Source of the DNA: a virus
Lineage: Duplodnaviria; Caudoviricetes
IMG/VR virus record: IMGVR_UViG_3300032285_003899
Location: 18,127-82,126 of that record
DNA: 64,000 bases
Direction: 5' to 3' (one strand)
The notes beneath the pieces are model-generated. The model was not told the DNA's origin. It saw only the letters and a program-made list of their open reading frames with translations, and ran no database searches. Below are positions 50,808 through 58,977 of the stretch, one piece after another (within the stretch, counting starts at the first letter, position 1; each line of letters opens with the position of its first letter). Position numbers and translations under genes: made by a program.

Positions 50808-50964
50808 ACTATTTTCAAGTAAATTGCAAACTGTTTTTGCAATGTCTTGATGGGTATTGTAGCGGGATCTTTGGTCTATTGATTCTGGTAAAATTCGATC
50901 CTATTCTTGTAACTACATAAAACAAGAAGTTCTTTTTAAAAATTTAATATGTAGTAGTTTCTAT

Positions 50965-51037
50965 GGGCCGTTAGCATAATGGTTTGTGCAGCGAACTCAT
51001 AATTCGTCGGTTGCTGGTTCAAGTCCAGCACGGCCCA
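50965..51037 (+). tRNA. tRNA-Ile2(CAU)-like (lysidine type; Met not excluded)
   Basis: GGGCCGT/ACGGCCC-A; GCGAA-CTCATAA-TTCGT. Confidence 0.8.
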
Positions 51038-51061
51038 CAGAGACTATTGCATATTTTTAGT

Positions 51062-51137
51062 GGTCCCGTAGCTTAACATCAAAAGCGTTCTCTTTATAAG
51101 GGATTGACTGTGGGCGAAAATCCCACCGGGACTACCA
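51062..51137 (+). tRNA. tRNA-Ile(UAU) with atypical D and T loops
   Basis: GGTCCCG/CGGGACT-A-CCA; anticodon loop TTTATAA; T loop CGAAAAT. Confidence 0.75.
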
Positions 51138-51693
51138 AATTTTTAATTTGTTCTTTACATCTTTCTTCGAAATGCAATTCAGCATGACAGTTACGGCAAA
51201 CTAATACACATTTATCTAATTCTGGTTTAATAATTTCAAATGAGCAATTTTTTTTGCGAGAAATAGCAAAGTCTTTTTTAGACGGATCTAAATGATGAAA
51301 ATCAAGTGCGCCGGGATATTTATTATATCCACACTTGACACATTTACCACCTTTATAATTGATAGCTTCTATTTTTCTTTGTTGCTGCCATTCAATAGTT
51401 CGTTTATTAGCGCATGACTTACACCATACATAAGTGTGCTTATCATTTTTAGTATAAAAACCAGTCACTAAATTTTTAGTTTCTTTGCAACGTGAACATA
51501 CTTTGTATTCAATACCATCTTTAATAATCTTTTCTTTTGCGGCATAACCTTGAGAAAAAGATTTATTAGTAGTTTTTAAATTGAATTTCTTAAGCCAGTG
51601 CCTAACATTAGTTTGACTTTTGTTTGTTGATTTTGCGATTTGATGAGTGGAAAGTCCTTGACTGATCAAGCTCTCTAGTGTAGATTTATCCAT
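51094..51693 (-). mobile_element. HTH + Zn-finger + HNH homing endonuclease
   Basis: N-terminal HTH; CSRC, CKSC, CVKC...LDFHH...CVLVCRNCHAELH. Confidence 0.85.
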
Positions 51694-51755
51694 AGTTCAA
51701 TTCTTATTACACTTTATTATAAGATTTGAACTAGTTCTTTCAATAAAATTTTAGC

Positions 51756-51830
51756 GGTCCATTGGTCTAGTGGTTATGACGCTGCCCTTTCACGGCGGAG
51801 ACGAGAATTCGATTTTCTCATGGACTACCA
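51756..51830 (+). tRNA. tRNA-Glu(UUC)
   Basis: GGTCCAT/ATGGACT-A-CCA; CTGCC-CTTTCAC-GGCGG. Confidence 0.93.
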
Positions 51831-51887
51831 AGTTTTTCCCCTTGACGGGGAGCATGATCTATAGTAGATTGTGCGTGTTCTTTAAAT

Positions 51888-52167
51888 CCCTATATAGCCC
51901 AACGGCAGAGGCAGCGAACTTTAGCGTAAATTGAGTGCTTGAAGAGAAATCTTCAAAGTAGAAATCGTCAAATTCGGGGAAACCTTTAAAATGGCAATCC
52001 CGAGCCAAGCTCAGAAATGAGAAGGTGTAGAGACTTAACGGCGATCATCTAAAACAGAAATGTCATGATGAAGAGAAAGTCCAGACCACAAATCAGTAAT
52101 GAGCAACGAAAGTTGTAGTGGTACGAAAATTCGTCAAGTGTCAGTTCGAATCTGACTATAGGGACCA
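51888..52167 (+). tRNA. tRNA-Leu(UAA), interrupted (exons 51888-51921 and 52126-52167), short variable loop
   Basis: CCCTATA/TATAGGG-A-CCA; anticodon T^AA rebuilt on splicing. Confidence 0.9.
51922..52125 (+). mobile_element. group I intron of the trnL(UAA) type, no ORF
   Basis: AAATTCGGGGAAAC (P), AATCCCGAGC (Q), GTAGAGACT (R), GAAAGTCCA (S); terminal G; IGS TTGAGT pairs with exon ACTT. Confidence 0.92.
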
Positions 52168-52200
52168 CTTTTTTGTTCTTTTACATTTTCTTTTCCAAGA

Positions 52201-52448
52201 CGGCCCACCCGGCTTCCAAGAGCTAACCCATGATAACAGAAGCTTGGAAAATCTGTTACGGACGGGGTTCTGAGGAAAAGTTACAGCTTAGGAGTCATGA
52301 CCTAAGCTGTATAATTTACATACAGTGCGCCCAAGCGATCTTGTTTTGAGTCGCTTTACACTGAGTCAACAATGGGCCGAGATTTTTCTCGCTAGAAGGA
52401 CAAGGGGCTTCATGCCCCGTTCTGTAAAAAGACTTACTTCTAGTGGGA
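52201..52448 (+). ncRNA. unknown ~250-nt multi-stem RNA
   Basis: CGGCCCA/TGGGCCG, TTCCAAG/CTTGGAA, CAGCTTAGG/CCTAAGCTG, CAGTG/CACTG, CTCGCTAGAAG/CTTCTAGTGGG, GGGGC/GCCCC; pseudoknot TAACAGA/TCTGTTA. Confidence 0.6.
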
Positions 52449-52497
52449 TTTAATTTGACAATACTATAATAGAGTATAAGATAGTTGTAGATTTTAC

Positions 52498-52576
52498 GTT
52501 CCCGTAGCTCAGTTGGATTTAGAGCAAAAGCCTTCTAAGCTTTCGGTCACAGGTTCGAATCCTGTCGGGAACGCCA
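52498..52576 (+). tRNA. tRNA-Arg(UCU)
   Basis: GTTCCCG/CGGGAAC-G-CCA; AAAGC-CTTCTAA-GCTTT. Confidence 0.95.
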
Positions 52577-52586
52577 CTTTCAAAAC

Positions 52587-52661
52587 TGATAGGTAGAATA
52601 ATGGTAATTCACAAAACTGTTAATTTTGGCGATGTTGGTTCGATTCCAACCCTATCAGCCA
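52587..52661 (+). tRNA. tRNA-Asn(GUU)
   Basis: TGATAGG/CCTATCA-G-CCA; CAAAA-CTGTTAA-TTTTG. Confidence 0.92.
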
Positions 52662-52670
52662 CTTCTTTTC

Positions 52671-52756
52671 GGGAGTATCGCATAGTGGTCAATTGCAGGA
52701 GACTGTAAATCTCCCGGCTCACGCCTACGATAGTTCAAATCTATCTGCTCCCACCA
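52671..52756 (+). tRNA. tRNA-Tyr(GUA)
   Basis: GGGAGTA/TGCTCCC-A-CCA; GGAGA-CTGTAAA-TCTCC; long variable arm. Confidence 0.95.
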
Positions 52757-52759
52757 TTT

Positions 52760-53653
52760 TCAATACATCTTAAATCCACTCAAATCAGCCTCATTAATTT
52801 TATATCCACTACTTAATGAAGCTATTGTGTTATTTACTTCATTTATATAACTAGGAATATTTGTACCTAGACCAGCAGAAGTTCCAAATGTCATATACCA
52901 GCCGCCGATCAATACAACTTCATTATTAATAATTGTAGAAACAATATTGCCGCTGTCGCCGCCAATTAATTCTTCGAAATATTGCGCTCTGTTATTATCT
53001 TTTGAAATATTTATTAACGTATTATTTGATCCGTAAGTAGTATTAAGTAAACCATTTTCTCCGATTAAAGCTTTTCTTTCTTGATCAGAATACAATATTG
53101 GAAAATTAATTTTATTTGCGTCAAAGTATTTAAGATAGTTAGCTGGCAATACATTATATATTTTTAGTGAAGCATCGACTTCTCTATCAAGTTCACCAAT
53201 TAAAATATCAGTATTTGCTACTCGCTTTGTTTTCATGACATTGTAAACAAGAGATACATCTTTATTGTTTATAAAGAAAATCATGAATGGTGAAGTCGAG
53301 TAAGGAACATGATTAGCAAACAAAACGTGTTTCTTAGTTATAAGTGTTCCGCCGCCAACTCCACCAAGAGGAACAACGGCAGCGGCATATCCAGTTAAAT
53401 CTAAACTTTTTGCCCAACAATTATTATTTCGGGGCCAATTATAAGGATTAGCATAAGGTGTTAATATATTTTTTTCTTTCTTATCTTTAATTAAATTATC
53501 GAAGTTAGAAGAAATATGAGAAAATAGATCTAATTTATTTGTGGTTACAGATTTTGGTTTGGGCGCATCATTTAAAGCTTCGTTCTTAGCTTCTGCGATT
53601 ATTTTTTGAATTAAAATTGCGTGATCTGCGAGTAGTTGGTCTAAAGCGGTCAT
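52760..53653 (-). CDS. trypsin-like serine protease
   Basis: GTLITKKHVLFANHV (His), TDIL (Asp), GGDSG (Ser); start moved to MTALDQ. Confidence 0.8.
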   Translation of the reverse strand: MTALDQLLADHAILIQKIIAEAKNEALNDAPKPKSVTTNKLDLFSHISSNFDNLIKDKKEKNILTPYANPYNWPRNNNCWAKSLDLTGYAAAVVPLGGVGGGTLITKKHVLFANHVPYSTSPFMIFFINNKDVSLVYNVMKTKRVANTDILIGELDREVDASLKIYNVLPANYLKYFDANKINFPILYSDQERKALIGENGLLNTTYGSNNTLINISKDNNRAQYFEELIGGDSGNIVSTIINNEVVLIGGWYMTFGTSAGLGTNIPSYINEVNNTIASLSSGYKINEADLSGFKMY

Positions 53654-53721
53654 AACATTGCTTACACCGAAAATTGCCCCTTGACAAGGCGAAATTTTAT
53701 GGTATGCTGATCGCACGAAAA

Positions 53722-54096
53722 ATGACTAATGATTTTTTTACCCTGAAGGGTCAGATTGTAAGAAAAATACAGGCTTCAAATGGAGATTCTTTACATATTC
53801 TTACTGACAAGTACGAATACAACTTATATCACGCACAAGATTGCTGCGAAAATGTCAGGCTTGTAGATGTTATCGGTGATGTCGATAATATTCTCAATGA
53901 AGAAATAATCTTTGCAGAAGAAGATAGCGGCGCAAATGATCCTGCTTGGCACACTGGCTACAATTACGATGATCATCACACTTGGACTAAGTTTGTTTTA
54001 GGAACTAAAAACGCTAATGTAGAATTTTGGTTTCTTGGTGAATCAAATGGTTATTACAGTGAACATATTTCTATAAAGGTTGAAGAAATTGTATAA
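53722..54096 (+). CDS. conserved phage protein
   Basis: LYHAQDCCENV...IGDV; promoter TTGACA 53681 / TATGCT 53703. Confidence 0.75.
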   Translation: MTNDFFTLKGQIVRKIQASNGDSLHILTDKYEYNLYHAQDCCENVRLVDVIGDVDNILNEEIIFAEEDSGANDPAWHTGYNYDDHHTWTKFVLGTKNANVEFWFLGESNGYYSEHISIKVEEIV

Positions 54097-54104
54097 ACGA
54101 ATAT

Positions 54105-54266
54105 ATGCTTTGTTTAAAGACTAAAAAAGAAGCAAAACTAGAAGACTGCGCTGTTCCTTGGAGCGGCGACACTATTTCTGTTTGTAATAAATGTCGCATG
54201 AGTATTTGGGATTTTGATTTTGATGAGTTTCATATTATGAATGATGGAGAGCCTTTTATTAATTAA
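54105..54266 (+). CDS. 53-aa protein (absent from ORF track)
   Basis: MLCLKTKKE...CNKC; fills the gap between neighbours. Confidence 0.5.
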   Translation: MLCLKTKKEAKLEDCAVPWSGDTISVCNKCRMSIWDFDFDEFHIMNDGEPFIN

Positions 54267-54268
54267 TT

Positions 54269-54610
54269 ATGAAATACAGAAAAAAGCCTGTAGTTATCGA
54301 AGCAACGCAATGGTTTAAGAATGGAGATCATCCAAAAGATGATGTTTTTAGGCCATTTGAAGATACAGGAGTAATACCAAAAGAAGAGAGAGAAGGAAAG
54401 ATTGTAAGATATTTTAGACGACCTTATTTCAGCGGAGATCATCAATGCAATCATTGTGGCAATAATATGCACTGGCATGGTTGGATTGAGACTTTAGAAG
54501 GTGGGCATATTGTTTGCCCCGGTGATTATATTATCACTGGTGTCAAAGGAGAACACTATCCTTGCAAACCTGATATCTTTCACGCCACTTACGAGAAAGT
54601 AGAAGAATAA
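54269..54610 (+). CDS. PGDY-family phage protein
   Basis: MKYRKKPVVIEA...CPGDYII.GVKGEHYPCKPDIF. Confidence 0.8.
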   Translation: MKYRKKPVVIEATQWFKNGDHPKDDVFRPFEDTGVIPKEEREGKIVRYFRRPYFSGDHQCNHCGNNMHWHGWIETLEGGHIVCPGDYIITGVKGEHYPCKPDIFHATYEKVEE

Positions 54611-54611
54611 T

Positions 54612-54788
54612 ATGAAAAAAGGCGATAAATTTATCCACACTGATATTATTGGCAAAAAATACGAACTAACATACACTGGAAATCGGCACGAATATAAAGG
54701 TTGTGAATTTGAGTTTTTTACAGATGATAAAGGGAAGGTTTGTTTTTTTACTGATACAGAAGTGAAGAAGATGGAGAAGAAAGATTAA
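54612..54788 (+). CDS. 58-aa protein (absent from ORF track)
   Basis: MKKGDKFIH...; tightly packed. Confidence 0.55.
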   Translation: MKKGDKFIHTDIIGKKYELTYTGNRHEYKGCEFEFFTDDKGKVCFFTDTEVKKMEKKD

Positions 54789-54789
54789 T

Positions 54790-54972
54790 ATGAAAATGAC
54801 AGATGAAAATAAATTAAAAATTGTAACCCTAAGCCATAACATTAAAGCCTTGTGCTACATACTTGACAAAAAAACATTCAGCGAACATTGTGTCACTAGT
54901 GGCACTTTTACTGAAATTGATTCTTTGTTTGAATTGGTTAAGGAATTGAAAGAAATGAACAAAGAAGAATAA
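54790..54972 (+). CDS. hypothetical protein
   Basis: packed ORF. Confidence 0.55.
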   Translation: MKMTDENKLKIVTLSHNIKALCYILDKKTFSEHCVTSGTFTEIDSLFELVKELKEMNKEE

Positions 54973-54996
54973 AAATAATATAACCTTACAATTAAT

Positions 54997-55203
54997 ATGG
55001 ACGTAGTAACACTCTCCAATCTTTATTCCCATGCTAGTGGAGCTTATAACAAAGTCAAAGACGCAGAAGACTTAATCATAATGATGAACGTATTGCATCT
55101 TAGACTTGAGCATAATATGGCGTATCATAAGATTGCAAAAAGGTGCGGTATTAAAGTGAATAAGGTGAAGTTGATTTTATTTAATTATGAATCCAGATCC
55201 TAA
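54997..55203 (+). CDS. hypothetical protein, possible HTH
   Basis: YHKIAKRCGIKVNKVK. Confidence 0.55.
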   Translation: MDVVTLSNLYSHASGAYNKVKDAEDLIIMMNVLHLRLEHNMAYHKIAKRCGIKVNKVKLILFNYESRS

Positions 55204-55393
55204 CTTGTGGGCAGAAATCCCTCAAGAAGTCAAGGATGCAGCCCTGCTCCTTGGAAACTATTTCAAGAAACAAAATATTGACAATTGGGCCTTGTATGAT
55301 GTATGTTCGCGCAAGTCAGTTGATAACCTCGAAAATCAAGTCAAAAAACTTGAAACGTGGAAAAACAAACAAGTAAATGGATTTATAGATTAA
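55187..55393 (+). CDS. hypothetical protein
   Basis: packed ORF. Confidence 0.6.
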   Translation: MNPDPNLWAEIPQEVKDAALLLGNYFKKQNIDNWALYDVCSRKSVDNLENQVKKLETWKNKQVNGFID

Positions 55394-55398
55394 ATAAT

Positions 55399-55605
55399 AT
55401 GAAATACAAATACGACAAAAAGAACCTAGCCGATGCCTTCAAGAATCTCGCTGAATGGGCAGAGAATCTTGATGCCAAGCGAGATAAAAAGGTTATAGAT
55501 GACACTTGGAATGAGTTGCTGGTATTAATGGGTGAAGTTCAAACTAATCACGATGACATTTTTGGCACTGAAGGTTACCAGTTCCGTATTATGGGAAAAG
55601 ATTGA
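55399..55605 (+). CDS. hypothetical protein
   Basis: ATG after A-rich leader. Confidence 0.6.
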   Translation: MKYKYDKKNLADAFKNLAEWAENLDAKRDKKVIDDTWNELLVLMGEVQTNHDDIFGTEGYQFRIMGKD

Positions 55606-55704
55606 AAAAAGTCAAAAAACCTTGAAAGATTCACTCGACTCGCAACGTATAATTAGTGTAGACTTCGCTCCAAGCGAGTAGAAGACTCAAAAAAAATAAA
55701 TAAT

Positions 55705-56007
55705 ATGAGCCGCGAAACGACCAACGAAACAGTAAATTATTCTGAAATGTATGGCGATCAATCCAATAAATTTATCGCAAAAGAACATAAAAATAACGAA
55801 CTAGACAATTTATACTATGCCCTTTATCGATTGTCTAATGCTACCAATGCTGTAGTTTCATTCATTAAAACAAATAATGACGCAATACAAGCTGCGGCTC
55901 TAGCAATCAATTCAAGAGCCATAGAACTAGAAAAATCAATTGGCCTCAATGGACCTGCGCCAGGACAAATTCCAACCGGAAACATTGATAAAACCAGATT
56001 ATTATAA
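55705..56007 (+). CDS. hypothetical protein
   Basis: 100-aa ORF. Confidence 0.6.
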   Translation: MSRETTNETVNYSEMYGDQSNKFIAKEHKNNELDNLYYALYRLSNATNAVVSFIKTNNDAIQAAALAINSRAIELEKSIGLNGPAPGQIPTGNIDKTRLL

Positions 56008-56070
56008 AAATTATGAAATATGATGTTATAGGTTGACTTCTCTGAAAAAAGCTGATAGGATAATAAAACT

Positions 56071-56337
56071 ATGATGATAGAAAATAATACTATTGAAAAT
56101 AAAGCGGTAACAGAAAAGGATAAAACTATGAATAAGGTATTTGTATTTAGAGAACCTAATAAGAAAGATGAACGACATTTCCGTCCACGCTTATATGCTT
56201 TTGTTGAGAAAGACATTGTTAAGATTGAATCAATGTGGGGAAGTCATAATTGTTATTTGGTAGTAAATGGTATTGAAGTGCAAGGAAGTTTTGACGAATT
56301 AGTTTCTAAACTAGGTGAACGAGTTGATATTGAATGA
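56071..56337 (+). CDS. hypothetical protein (FlbD-like C-terminal part)
   Basis: IVKIES...CYLVVNGIEVQGSFDELV; promoter 56033-56061. Confidence 0.6.
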   Translation: MMIENNTIENKAVTEKDKTMNKVFVFREPNKKDERHFRPRLYAFVEKDIVKIESMWGSHNCYLVVNGIEVQGSFDELVSKLGERVDIE

Positions 56338-56880
56338 ATGATAAATATTATGAAAAATTTTATAAATAGATTTATGGGTAAATCATATGGCGCATACTCA
56401 GATTTTCTCAGAAATCCAGAAGGTTATGGTGGTAAATTAAACTCTCATATTGAGTGCCAATGGACTGCGAGGGAGCATTTTGCGCATGACAATTATAATA
56501 GAGGACATTTACCTCAATTGTGTATTAAAGCATCAGGTTGGAAAGCTCGTTTGCTCGCTTTGTTTTTTTGGCCGGACTCTCCATATGAACCAGAACCAAC
56601 CATTGTGTGGTGGAAAAATGGTGATCATCCCAATGATGATGTTTATAGACCATTTGAAGATACTGGCAAAAAACCTACTGAGCCAAGAGAAGGTAAAGTG
56701 GTAAGATATTTTAGACATCCATACATTTCTGGTGATTCAATTTGTGATAATTGTCAACGAATAATGAATGACCACGGATGGATTGATAATGGCGGAGAAG
56801 GACAAAAAGTATGTCCTGGTGATTATCTAAAAAAAGACAACAATTTATATTATAATCAAAGGAAATACAATGAACAATGA
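56338..56880 (+). CDS. fusion protein with a C-terminal PGDY-family domain
   Basis: C-terminal half closely similar to 54269-54610. Confidence 0.7.
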   Translation: MINIMKNFINRFMGKSYGAYSDFLRNPEGYGGKLNSHIECQWTAREHFAHDNYNRGHLPQLCIKASGWKARLLALFFWPDSPYEPEPTIVWWKNGDHPNDDVYRPFEDTGKKPTEPREGKVVRYFRHPYISGDSICDNCQRIMNDHGWIDNGGEGQKVCPGDYLKKDNNLYYNQRKYNEQ

Positions 56881-57211
56881 AGAAATCAATATAACAATTG
56901 CGGAAGTGTGTGGATGGAGAGTTCATCCAAAAGACCAATTTATTGTTATACCGCCAAATAGTCCGAATAGCGTTCAACCGCTTTCAACAATTCCTGATTA
57001 TGTTAACGATCTCAATGCGATGGCGGAAGCAGAGCAGTTTCTGGACTCTACGAATGGAGGAATCACAGACCCAAGTTGCTTGCGCTACGCATACGGCAGT
57101 GAGATCTACCGTATCGTTCCAAATGATATTCAACCATTCAGGGCATCAGCCCGTCATCGTGCAGAAGCGTTCTTACGCACAGTTGGAAAGTGGAAGGAAG
57201 TAAAACTATGA
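56870..57211 (+). CDS. phage ABA-sandwich-like protein
   Basis: INITIAEVCGW...PDYVNDLNAM..AE. Confidence 0.5.
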   Translation: MNNEEINITIAEVCGWRVHPKDQFIVIPPNSPNSVQPLSTIPDYVNDLNAMAEAEQFLDSTNGGITDPSCLRYAYGSEIYRIVPNDIQPFRASARHRAEAFLRTVGKWKEVKL

Positions 57212-57312
57212 AATACCCAAGTTACTGCTGCCAAAAGTGCGGCGAATTAATTGGATGGATGGGAAGATTTATGTTTCCATTTTTACATAAATGTAAGTGC
57301 AAAAAGAAGTAA
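57208..57312 (+). CDS. 34-aa Cys-rich microprotein (absent from ORF track)
   Basis: MKYPSYCCQKCGELIGWMGRFMFPFLHKCKC. Confidence 0.5.
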   Translation: MKYPSYCCQKCGELIGWMGRFMFPFLHKCKCKKK

Positions 57313-57320
57313 ATAAAAAT

Positions 57321-57530
57321 ATGATACAAGAATCATCAATGCAATCAGCATTAGACAATATAGAACAATTAGAACTAAAACTTGAATCGGCAAAATCACG
57401 CATTATTAATCTTGAAGATTACATTCATCGACTTGAAAAAGCGGCGGATGATTTGAGTGATTGCAAAGATACTTCTAAATATTCAATCGCAATTCTAAAA
57501 TTTAAAATAGTAAAAGAAACAAAACCATGA
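57321..57530 (+). CDS. coiled-coil hypothetical protein
   Basis: SRIINLEDYIHRLE. Confidence 0.6.
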   Translation: MIQESSMQSALDNIEQLELKLESAKSRIINLEDYIHRLEKAADDLSDCKDTSKYSIAILKFKIVKETKP

Positions 57531-57739
57531 ACGAAAACTTTCATCTTCAAGAAATTGAAGGAATAAACAAAACAAATTACGAACTGCAAAATCGCATTCG
57601 CCAGCTTGAAAAGGTTTCAGCATCACTTATTGAAATTGTCGAAGGCGTTTCTAGTGAGCGTTGGAACGTAGATGGATTCAGGCTCAAAGATACTCCTGAA
57701 TGGGTTGAATTTTATGTCACTGTCCGCAAATCAAAATAA
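57527..57739 (+). CDS. coiled-coil hypothetical protein
   Basis: NRIRQLE. Confidence 0.6.
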   Translation: MNENFHLQEIEGINKTNYELQNRIRQLEKVSASLIEIVEGVSSERWNVDGFRLKDTPEWVEFYVTVRKSK

Positions 57740-57748
57740 ATAAAAAAT

Positions 57749-58033
57749 ATGAACAATACCTCAAAGAAAAAAATCTACTGCATCAATATTGATGGTGACT
57801 ATGGAGAGCTTTGGCTAGGACATGACAAAGAACCATTGGCTCACGTTCACTCAAACGACGCTAATTTCAGAGAAGAATATCAGAGATTTATTTTTGATTA
57901 TCTTGGTGTTGAATTGATTTGCGAAACATTTTATATTAAAAGCGAAAAAACAATGGATAAACTATATGATTCTAGCGGCGATGAAAAGGAAATTGCTAAA
58001 ATTCTAAAAAAACAAATTGCTGAGTTGCCTTGA
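57749..58033 (+). CDS. hypothetical protein
   Basis: followed by a terminator. Confidence 0.65.
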   Translation: MNNTSKKKIYCINIDGDYGELWLGHDKEPLAHVHSNDANFREEYQRFIFDYLGVELICETFYIKSEKTMDKLYDSSGDEKEIAKILKKQIAELP

Positions 58034-58044
58034 TTTATGTCAAC

Positions 58045-58076
58045 AGCCCCTATAGCTTATAGCTTGGGGGCTTTTC
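58045..58076 (+). terminator. intrinsic terminator
   Basis: AGCCCC...GGGGCT followed by TTT. Confidence 0.7.
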
Positions 58077-58155
58077 TGCCCAATACTATAAAATTTATTT
58101 CACAAAATATGTATTTGGATGGAAATATGTCGATATTCAGTGTAATATCCTATGT

Positions 58156-58977
58156 ATGGATATTACCAATCATATTAATGTAGATAGAACACTCAAAGAA
58201 TTAGGCGTAGATATATTTAAATTAAAGCCTAATAGTGAAAAAAGAGTTTTTAAAATCTGTGAAATTTGTAAAAAAGAAGAGCTTAAAAAATACAGATACA
58301 TTGCGGCCCTCAAGCAGACAAAATGTATAAATTGTTCTAACGCTTTAAATGGCAGGAACAATAAAGATAAGATAAGTGCGACAAATAAAAAATACTTTGA
58401 AACTCATATTCATCCTAGATTAGGAGTAAAACATACTGAAGAGGCGAGAAAAAAGATAGTAGAAAATAGAAAACCATATACCGCCACAGAAGAAACAAGA
58501 AGAAAATTATCAGAAGCTAACAGTGGAACCAGAAATGGTTTTTATGGTAAAAAGCATTCTGAAAAAAGTTTAGAAAAAATGCGCCAAAAAGCTATTAAAA
58601 ATGCAAGGCGCGGTGCAGATTGCAATTTCTATGGTAAAACATACTACGCTAAAGTAGTAGAGTATCAAAGAAAAGACGGCAAAACTATCAAATTAAAAAG
58701 TGGTTGGGAAGTAAAATTTGCTCAATATTTAGATTCTAATAATATCAATTGGGAATACGAGAAACAGTCTTTCCCGATTACCTACGAATACGAAGGCAAA
58801 ATAAAAAATGGCACTTACATTCCTGATTTTTTCCTTGACAACGAGGTCATTGAAGTCAAAGGTTACTGGCACAAAGATGCCAGAGTCAAATTTGATACAT
58901 TTAAAATTCAATATCCGCAGATAAAAATAAGACTTTTAGAGAAAAAACAATTAAGAGAATTAGGAATATTATTATGA
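58156..58977 (+). mobile_element. NUMOD3 + PD-(D/E)XK homing-type endonuclease
   Basis: HTEEARKKI and HSEKSLEKM repeats; KSGWE..YIPDF..IEVKGY. Confidence 0.8.

Noticed and set aside
52201-52448. Assignment as tmRNA, RNase P RNA or a group II intron
   Set aside because: No tRNA-like ends or T arm. GAGGAAAAG and CCCGGCTT only partly resemble RNase P conserved regions and are in the wrong order. GTGCGCCC occurs, but there is no domain V or reverse transcriptase.
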